A stretch of 64,000 bases of DNA from NCBI RefSeq assembly GCF_006345805.1, contig NC_042997.1, positions 35,092,001 to 35,156,000 of the forward strand, in the 5' to 3' direction. How positions within the stretch are numbered: the first letter of the stretch is position 1; each line of letters starts with the position of its first letter. Positions 62,511 through 64,000 of this stretch are shown here, one piece after another. Source of the stretch: Octopus sinensis. Taxonomy: Eukaryota. A model generated the notes under the pieces. The model saw only the letters and a list, made by a program, of their open reading frames with translations, did not search any database and was not told the DNA's origin. The position numbers were made by a program, and so were the translations under genes.

Positions 62511-64000
62511 CTTGACGAATATTGCAAACTTTTGACTCAACACAGTATCTTCGTAATGCGGATAATTTTCTTTAAATTTGTAGTAAATACTGGGGAATAC
62601 TTGTAAGCACTGCTGGCAAGGAATGTTTTGCAGTGAGCCTTATTCTTAACCTTTGAAAATTTTGTTAAATTTTGTTAACCATGTATATCGTTGTGAAATT
62701 CAAACTTGCTTTGAACATCTTTCAAAATGCACCCAATTCTTGTTCCAAGAGGGCAAACACTTGATGTGTTCCACAAATTATAAACGATGAAGTTTATGAT
62801 AGACATCTTGTGTATATGCTGAATTCTTTAGATTTTTAATGAAGTTTATGGTTTACTTTTATTAACAAATATCCAGTTATGTCACACATGAAAAGTTATT
62901 TAGCTTTTCAAATATGAAACAAAAGCTGATAAAATTATGTATATATAATAGCAAGGTGGAAAGTTTCCCGCTCCTAAAGACAAGAAACGATTGAAGTTGG
63001 GTGTGGAATCCAAAACAGAATTCGATGAGCTTAGAAAATCAATAACACAAATAAGAGATAAGTACCGAATCTTGTGTTCAACTGCAATGTGAAGGGTCAC
63101 TAATGCGTATTTGTATAGTAGTTACATGGATGGATATAATTTGTGTGGTTTAAAACATGATAAGAAAAATAAATAAAAAAACGATAGTTTGATGCTAGAG
63201 ACCATAGATAGTATCAGTTATCTGAACATATTGCTCTATGCTATTAACATAAACAAAACCTTGTTCAAAAGAAGCATATATATAATATTATTTAACTTTA
63301 TGCAGCTAAGAAATATTTGGATTTCTCCTTGGTATAGATCAAACAATCTGCATAGATTTCTACATCGGTAAGCAACCCGTTTATCTCCTTTATGTTCTCG
63401 AATTCACTGTTTTCCAATTCTGCATAGTAAATTATTAAACATCCATCAACCACCGAAGCAGATCAGCGCTTTATCAGAACGTTTGGGGATATTAATTTTT
63501 ACTTGGAAAGCAGCCATACAGTAAGAATGCCCCACCGTATGCATGTGCTGTTTTGAATACAATTAGTCAATTATATAATATAAATTGATAAAATTACCAT
63601 GTGTAATTTTCTTAGATATTAAATGTAATTGATTTATCTTGTGTAAATGCTTATATATTAATTGATATCTCATATTCTACTCAAGGCAGCATATTGTATT
63701 TAGTTTCACAGTGCTGAATAATATTCAGTTACAACGTATGCTTGACATTTCATAAATATGTTATTATCAGTAATCACCACAAAAATTGATTAAAAGGCAG
63801 TGTTTTCATTTTAGCTGAATTTCGGAAGAAGATCTAATAAATTTTTAATGTGCTAAGAAAAGACTACTCATTTTCCATTTTTAAGTAGAAGTGTAATTAG
63901 ATATTAAAATAGATTTTAAAATAACGAGTATAATTTTACGAGATTACTGAATTTATGTTTGATATGAAAGGAGTAAACTGTAAATTATTAGCTTTGTAAA

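Overview
AT-rich, microsatellite-dense eukaryotic DNA, most likely from an octopus or other coleoid cephalopod (inferred from the SINE repertoire and repeat style). I can support no intact host protein-coding gene, rRNA, tRNA gene or CRISPR array; nearly all listed ORFs are microsatellite or antisense artefacts. The window is a layered transposon graveyard. It holds three tRNA-headed SINE families (called A, B, C here), R4/Dong, RTE and CR1 LINE fragments, Penelope-like elements (PLEs), a Helitron 3' end, mariner, pogo-like and hAT-like remnants, a mariner-type MITE and a 688-bp tandem duplication. The most interesting signals are: (i) several type-I hammerhead-ribozyme motifs (25930-26017, 14028-14074, decayed copies at 9.3 and 26.2 kb, and one in each copy of the 688-bp tandem unit); (ii) two LINE-SINE partnerships visible inside the window; (iii) a MITE that captured a SINE fragment; (iv) a SINE dimer inserted under a single TSD; (v) a decayed glutamine-rich ORF; (vi) a directional palindrome element. 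All alignments and folds were done by eye and need computational confirmation.
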